This document shows, piece after piece, positions 15,501-18,655 of a DNA stretch of 18,655 bases. Source of the stretch: Promethearchaeota archaeon (lineage in GTDB: Archaea; Asgardarchaeota; Thorarchaeia; Thorarchaeales; Thorarchaeaceae); NCBI GenBank assembly GCA_027031765.1, contig JALVPN010000039.1, forward strand, positions 1 to 18,655. The letters are read 5' to 3'. The position numbers and the translations under genes were made by a program. The notes below the pieces were generated by a model. The model saw nothing but the letters and a program-made list of their open reading frames with translations. It ran no database searches and was not told the DNA's origin. The first letter of the stretch is position 1. The number at the start of each line of letters is the position of its first letter.

Positions 15501-17440
15501 GCAACGTAGGTGATATTGGCAGGATAGACCCGCCAGTCACCGAACTGTGCAAGATATTCGTGGAGGGCGGTCGTGTTCATCTCAGAGACCGCATGGGCCA
15601 TGCGTCCCATCCTGGACATCCAGTACCCCCACATGGTGCTGGGTATGGGTTCCATGACCTCAAGAGCGACCGGCGACTCACAGGTGCGCAGGAACTGGAC
15701 GATTCCGTCCGCGACTGCGGAGGACGACTCGCCGACAACGGACAGACAGCGCGCCACGGCTGCGCTCTCGGCCATCTTGCCCACACCGTCGGAGGCCACG
15801 ATACCGAAGCCGCCTGACACACATTGGCTGTCAGCGAACCAGGCCAGTCCGGCGGTGAGGTTCTCAGGCGGCAGTGTGCCCATTATTGACATCGCGGAGA
15901 GGGCCGCGGCAGTGCCCACAGTGTCCTCGCTGGAGGGCTCTATCCGGTTCTGGTATGAGCCGTCCCCCCTAGCATTGTCCTGGAGCCACTCGGTGAGCTT
16001 CACCGGGTCGTTGTGGGTCGTGTTCAGGTATGACAGGCTCACGAGGTACTGTTCAGCATACGTGTTCCTTGCGTCGAGGCTGTCAGGGTTCTTCGATACC
16101 GCACCCCAGTACACGGACTGTTCAGGCTTGGTCGTCTGAGTGCCGTCGACAACACAGGCCCGCAACCATGACTTGAGCGCCGCCGTGTCAATGGCGCCAA
16201 GCCTGTGGGCCTCACCGAGGGCCTCTGTGACGTAGTAGGTCACCGTCAGGTCGTCCTCGTAGCCGCCATCAGGGTCCTGTCGGGCCGAGAGGTACGCAAC
16301 AAGAGCGTCCACATCAAAGTCGGCCTCCAGGCCCATGACCACAGTCAGCCAGAGGCCCTGAGCGGTCGAAGTATTGGAGGGTGTCCCGTCTTCCACCGGG
16401 GCGAAGGCCGTGCCATCGGGGCCAGTATCATATACGGACTGTAGGTATGCACGGACGAGGGGCACGTGGTCATCGCGCCAGACGCTCCAGTTGTCACCTG
16501 ACAGCAGTGCCCGTGCGACATGCACGCCGTGGTACAGAGAACGCAGGAAGGGCTGGTGCCAGTAGGACATGCCCCCTGGTACAGCTGTGGGGGCCGGGGG
16601 CTGAGAGTCAACAACCCTCCCGGTAACAGCGTCCTCGTGTAGCGCCGTCGAGTAGGCAATCACGTTCACGAGGAGGCCCAGGCCGTCGTCCGTGAGGCTG
16701 TTGGGGTCTTCAGGCCCGAACAGGAAGAGGTCGAGCGGCCACGAGTCATAGCGCACTGGTGCCAGGGCCGGGGGTTCGCCGCACACGAGGTCGACAAGGC
16801 GCGAGTGCGCTGTCTGCACACGGTCACATGGTAGCTGCACCGTGTCCTCTGTCGAGAGCAGCGCACCCATGGTGAGCTGCACCGGTCCCTCCAGGAACAC
16901 CGCTCCCGAATACCTGGGTGTGGTGGCAAGAGTGTAGTACACGGGAGCGGTCTGGGAGGGTGGACTGAGGCCCCGCAGTCGGTGGAGGAGCCATGCGGCG
17001 CGTCCGAGGGCTACTACTGGCCGGTCCACGCGCACGAGCAGCTCTAGGAGGGCCTCGTCAGCGGCCTGGCCTTTGTCAGAGCCAAGGCTTGCATCAAGGA
17101 CAATCCCTTCGGCACAGAACAGGTCGGTCTCCCCGGTGAGCACAGCGGTCTGGTCCGTGACCACGACCTCAAGGCCGTACGACCGAAGGGCCGCCGCAAC
17201 GGCCTCTCCCCGACATTGGACGGAGCCGTTGTGCAGCTCGACAACAACGTATGGCCCGGCAGTTGTGCGGGCCCAGTCGCTGGACAGCTGTGTCCGTGGC
17301 ACGCCTGTGTGCGGCGTTGGCTGTGAGACAGGGACAGGAAGCGGCTGTCCGACCCGGGGGGATACGAGGGAGGGGAAAAGACAGAATACGACTATAGTAA
17401 TGGCTATCACTCTGCACTTTGAGACTCGCAACACTCTCAT
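9599..17440 (-). CDS. Giant membrane-anchored surface protein (2613 aa): signal peptide, DJ-1/GATase-like domain, prenyltransferase/squalene-cyclase-like helical repeats, Ig-like stalk, C-terminal TM
   Basis: ATG 17440 overlaps the upstream TGA and starts MRVLRVSKCRVIAITIVVFCLF (basic then hydrophobic). Repeats include YLSARQDPDGGY, WLQDNARGDGSY, WFADSQCVSGGFG and YVSRRQHYSGHF. About 14 or more repeats follow the pattern LTDxxGxPxxG...TxxxG...GxYxxxAxFxG. There are dozens of N-x-S/T sequons, and the TM segment VIGGTVIVTLAGLVL is followed by RRR. Confidence 0.88.
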   Translation of the reverse strand: MRVLRVSKCRVIAITIVVFCLFPSLVSPRVGQPLPVPVSQPTPHTGVPRTQLSSDWARTTAGPYVVVELHNGSVQCRGEAVAAALRSYGLEVVVTDQTAVLTGETDLFCAEGIVLDASLGSDKGQAADEALLELLVRVDRPVVALGRAAWLLHRLRGLSPPSQTAPVYYTLATTPRYSGAVFLEGPVQLTMGALLSTEDTVQLPCDRVQTAHSRLVDLVCGEPPALAPVRYDSWPLDLFLFGPEDPNSLTDDGLGLLVNVIAYSTALHEDAVTGRVVDSQPPAPTAVPGGMSYWHQPFLRSLYHGVHVARALLSGDNWSVWRDDHVPLVRAYLQSVYDTGPDGTAFAPVEDGTPSNTSTAQGLWLTVVMGLEADFDVDALVAYLSARQDPDGGYEDDLTVTYYVTEALGEAHRLGAIDTAALKSWLRACVVDGTQTTKPEQSVYWGAVSKNPDSLDARNTYAEQYLVSLSYLNTTHNDPVKLTEWLQDNARGDGSYQNRIEPSSEDTVGTAAALSAMSIMGTLPPENLTAGLAWFADSQCVSGGFGIVASDGVGKMAESAAVARCLSVVGESSSAVADGIVQFLRTCESPVALEVMEPIPSTMWGYWMSRMGRMAHAVSEMNTTALHEYLAQFGDWRVYPANITYVASPEYYIDQYGTRSVWTNLFGTGMSLAAGHELTDAQVSAVRTYVSRRQHYSGHFRLCTYPVAPHMQYTVAAVEALFMIDSLDWVQHRSALDSAVMAEYLGGHWSTEGWTLRPFAGHQPAVDFLSTRTALRLGLVTASMASEISANISARIQYNDLWDLSMDVQTLALLNESGFSVSLEAIDRDMVLQALGDRPFSDGWYNSTILWQPVFTADVLTMVSVLGLRPEIREVTGSSMTAEAVGTATLGGTIDVEVNITAPTGNHTLRAYLFGDCYELRGVSGQQTVSLDIPNNPEHLGWTRLALMVVDWGASRSFSEVRFEVRSSLNGTLSVATSSVLVGDPINGTVDWTLATGSDAGLTNVTVRLGDPPNYVEYHYREYSPFEFSVPTTGLSAGIYNLTVTLTRNHCDQCVLRQPVTIVKPVPVHFEADDHITADLGPHLVIPWSLLFDENGSYVVGQLVTLHVCDQSGALVFNDTAVSAGHGQHFIWTPQTRGRFNYTLRTEKNGTMLGTETSGTIDVYEATALTWLDNGTLDQYSQVTQTVRLTGHGGAPIAGQYVHVVVVAPSGTTVVDDTVQTNGTGMACVTFVMQENGQYNLSAEHAATGHLLASSAHASSVAWDQASVSIGGTPAEGLVTDSWSVWAKVSDSHGVPVVGAPVTLRIVYLPDTTVVEELLLTNSSGMVSYAWSTASPGKYSLTAQYAGSVSRGGASAATETTLWVPVTLTVEASQQPHVGTPGWIRVTVTDHTGNPIEGLTLAVTVTAPDEVVLLDHTGSTDHNGTLIVVWTPSARGINTVNATSARQDWFERATSSLDTGVTEDISLTVAWSPDVRAPAEDTLVLTMTDTSHRPAASVVVDTRVLLDGTAIFNATNTTGPDGRIIYSVYVPHPGLLTVSYTVAPQGWFTGTTGSEKATAMGTTTLTLSLDGYPVWQGKTVPIVTTLKDWRGAPLSGLPIVITITRNGTAVRSELLHTSADGTCVITHRFDVVGDFLVNASFEGSGLNASAVATVVQRVRCQPVIMLDHALTATVGSETAFRVSLHDMLGAPVPKRTLVLTVQMDGTTVFKAMFTSSNSTDTVYWLPSRRGTAHVSVVHMGDDHYLDASNSSTMSVMEVGSGTITVSADPVDLFDSVSICYNLSVASDRQGVVVLFQVLGQDLVPIWTTTVATDENGTATVTYHANQTHGLLTVRAAPVPEEFLLGCGTEGELTVMTDCIVHTTVRPETPVMGSPLVLTVHASSELGAPLSGLTVTVHVTDPNGNTVLFGALPYARVQVEDGTGTVSFTPDTFGLYRVHIESQGSTAVHPCSSDSSHTVFVATQLDLLSSPVEIELGDPLLFVTKLRTQTGEVLAGMEVRVGVSGPATVGPVTLVTNATGHIEWSTVLSAAGSWTVTAEFGGAGVYLPATLTVEVHVRISTVLSVTVVSTGQLVAGRSPVVLEVLLTDASGHTLEGRTVSYRAFHEVSGVVASGTLTQYGEGPQRLNVTLHAMGNYTLVFRFNRTEHYYASTASVTVFVVGTTSLEVYGPSTLDRASNSAIVVRVVDELGMVVPPETCSMDISLVGPTGPVMLADRLSYNASCTHLALHGLPTGSYHLEVSVTAPDRLGSNTSWAFEVTAHTSIVVVDSTLPGTIAVAHSIDVTVVDSLGAVVSPVSLRACVVAPDGSYVIGGLLSGWASIDSASGVASFEWTPQQAGNYSVLVSFDGDDHLSNASLSLVCLVRYATQVAVSPPTNTTYPEPLVLHTTLTSGVQKIRGATLSVEVVSNVTGSTVTSLTVVTDMSGTALVDVGPLLAGVYQFHISFRGNDIYAPSSAQCQVVVVPTASVSLREATLVVGQEGTLSLAVEVAGVPEVWNGTATIVIVSDNGTTVYRGEVPVNASCVVTLSLRLDATGTYGLHVTLHGLPAGASVARSFSIVVSVPPPVLPLSAESTPVIGGTVIVTLAGLVLRRRLSVLTGSLPAEWPDEQQAQQQ

Positions 17441-18036
17441 GAGGCTGGCACCCCCAAGACAAGACAGTATGCCACGTACAGGGAGATGCACACACAGACC
17501 GCCTCGACGACCCCAAGGACCGGCCTCTGCCGGAAAGCGGCTGCCAGCAGGGAGACGTCCCCGCTGCGTACCGCCGAGTTCACGAGAACACATACGCACA
17601 GGTACTGGCATGCCAGGACCCACACTGTTGGTGCCGCAAGCGCGACCGGGAGGGCGGCCATTGCAAGTGCCATGTACACGGACAGGAACACTGTCAGGAA
17701 CATGTATGTCAGGACGATGCCCACCTCGGGCGGCCTGTCCACTGTGAAGTATAGGTTGACCTCCCCGTACGTGGTGCTGGTCCGCACCTGTTCCACCTCG
17801 AGCCCCATGACCTTGGCCAGTACGTAGCGCACGGCCATGTGGACAATGAGGCCCGGCAGGAGCAGTACGGACACGAGTGTGAGGGCTGTGTTACGGATCC
17901 AGCCCTCGAACTCTCGCTTCTTGCCCGAGAAGAGCAGGAGCCCACGCACACCGGTGGCTATGAGCAGGACTAGTGGTGTCAGGTGGAAAGACACCACAGC
18001 ATCTGCGACGAGGAATCCCGGAATGTCGAGTTCCAT
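17437..18036 (-). CDS. Multi-pass membrane protein resembling M50-like/DUF3267 zincins with a degenerate active site (199 aa)
   Basis: AAGGAG SD 10 nt before ATG 18036. PGLIVHMAVRYVLAKVMG aligns with PGxxxHExxHxxxxxxxG, and the late NSAVRSGD aligns with the SxxD third-ligand motif. The stop overlaps the start of the giant gene. Confidence 0.7.
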   Translation of the reverse strand: MELDIPGFLVADAVVSFHLTPLVLLIATGVRGLLLFSGKKREFEGWIRNTALTLVSVLLLPGLIVHMAVRYVLAKVMGLEVEQVRTSTTYGEVNLYFTVDRPPEVGIVLTYMFLTVFLSVYMALAMAALPVALAAPTVWVLACQYLCVCVLVNSAVRSGDVSLLAAAFRQRPVLGVVEAVCVCISLYVAYCLVLGVPAS

Positions 18037-18212
18037 TGTCAGCGGGCTCCTTTGTCCTCGGGCGGACATCCTGTCCGGGACAGTAGGTGCCGACAAGATA
18101 GATAGGGGTTACCATCACCCCGGACCGGGCCAATGACCGCTGGCACACAGACGTGGGGCCGTATGACAGTCGCAGTCCAGAAAATCGTAGTCCATACCGG
18201 CAGCCAGCAGAC

Positions 18213-18218
18213 TTATAA
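18213..18218. promoter_or_regulatory. Palindromic TATA-like box TTATAA, candidate promoter for the membrane protein / giant protein unit
   Basis: The only AT-rich box in the spacer, about 180 nt upstream of ATG 18036. Orientation is ambiguous. Confidence 0.4.
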
Positions 18219-18248
18219 TGCTACCGTTCGCAGTGCAGGTGGCAGCTA

Positions 18249-18653
18249 TCATGTTTGCTCATGAGCAGGGGCCCGGGGACGTGCGCCCCACCGCACAGCT
18301 GTCTGGAGTGGACTGTGGTCCTCTGCACGGGCAGCGGTCTGGCCATGACCGGTGTGTGAGGACTGTGCGAGGACACATTCAAGGAGGGCCCGGTCTTCCC
18401 CGTCCACACGAGTGAGGAGCGAGTCGAGCATGCTGAGTGCAGAGTCCGAACCGAGTGCACCGAGAACAGTGACTGCCACGGTGACGCTGTCGAGGTCACC
18501 GCAGGCGAGGAGCTCGGAACAGACGTCGAGCACACGGTCGTCGCCGCGGTATGCGAGTTCGAGGAGGGAGGGCTCACGGAGTAGTGGGTGCAGGTCGGAA
18601 CAGGTGGCGACGCGCGACAACACGGGGGAGGAGGTCCTGGCGAGGGGGCGGAC
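18249..18653 (-). CDS. 3' end of a gene with HEAT-like helical repeats (5'-truncated by the window)
   Basis: Frame is open to the window edge. ELAYRGDDRVLDVCSELL...VAVTVLGALGSDSALSMLDSLL fits a HEAT/PBS-lyase-like pattern, while the last ~35 codons look unstructured. Confidence 0.5.
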   Translation of the reverse strand, partial: VRPLARTSSPVLSRVATCSDLHPLLREPSLLELAYRGDDRVLDVCSELLACGDLDSVTVAVTVLGALGSDSALSMLDSLLTRVDGEDRALLECVLAQSSHTGHGQTAARAEDHSPLQTAVRWGARPRAPAHEQT

Positions 18654-18655
18654 AG

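Noticed and set aside
14850-16560. Alpha-2-macroglobulin thioester domain
   Set aside because: No CxEQ motif; the closest word is YAEQ.
17441-17623. 61-aa N-terminal extension of the giant ORF given by the ORF track
   Set aside because: It overlaps the upstream gene. ATG 17440 gives an ATGA overlap and puts a signal peptide at the N-terminus.
28-18577. The many alternative-frame and antisense ORFs in the track (e.g. 2189-2692, 5172-5954, 6494-7096, 8351-8962, 13175-14356)
   Set aside because: They are shadows of better-supported genes in GC-rich DNA and carry no family motifs.

Overview
GC-rich archaeal chromosomal window. An Asgard, Thorarchaeia-like origin is inferred, not proven, from TATA boxes, a single-OB crenarchaeal-type SSB, DUF22 and an NPRL2-like winged helix. 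Left to right it holds: (1) a three-gene plus-strand cassette of a 5'-truncated wHTH/helical protein, a stand-alone ODP-type di-iron MBL-fold protein and a small helical protein; (2) a tldD-pmbA pair divergent from a radical SAM gene; (3) a perfect 25-bp tandem repeat (4 copies plus 5 nt) starting at the radical SAM stop codon; (4) an SSB with an R/G/S/Y low-complexity tail; (5) DUF22, tusA, a Met-rich 4-TM protein and a DsrE protein; (6) a minus-strand unit in which a degenerate M50-like membrane protease overlaps (ATGA) a 2613-aa surface protein. That protein has a signal peptide, a DJ-1/GATase-like domain, prenyltransferase-beta-like helical repeats, a long Ig-like stalk and a C-terminal TM anchor. 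The best candidate for an undescribed system is unit 6, where three enzyme folds each appear to have lost a catalytic residue. The ODP cassette has no chemoreceptor in the window and is the second candidate. No tRNA, rRNA, CRISPR array or mobile element was supported. All family assignments come from motif recognition and remembered sequences, not database searches.
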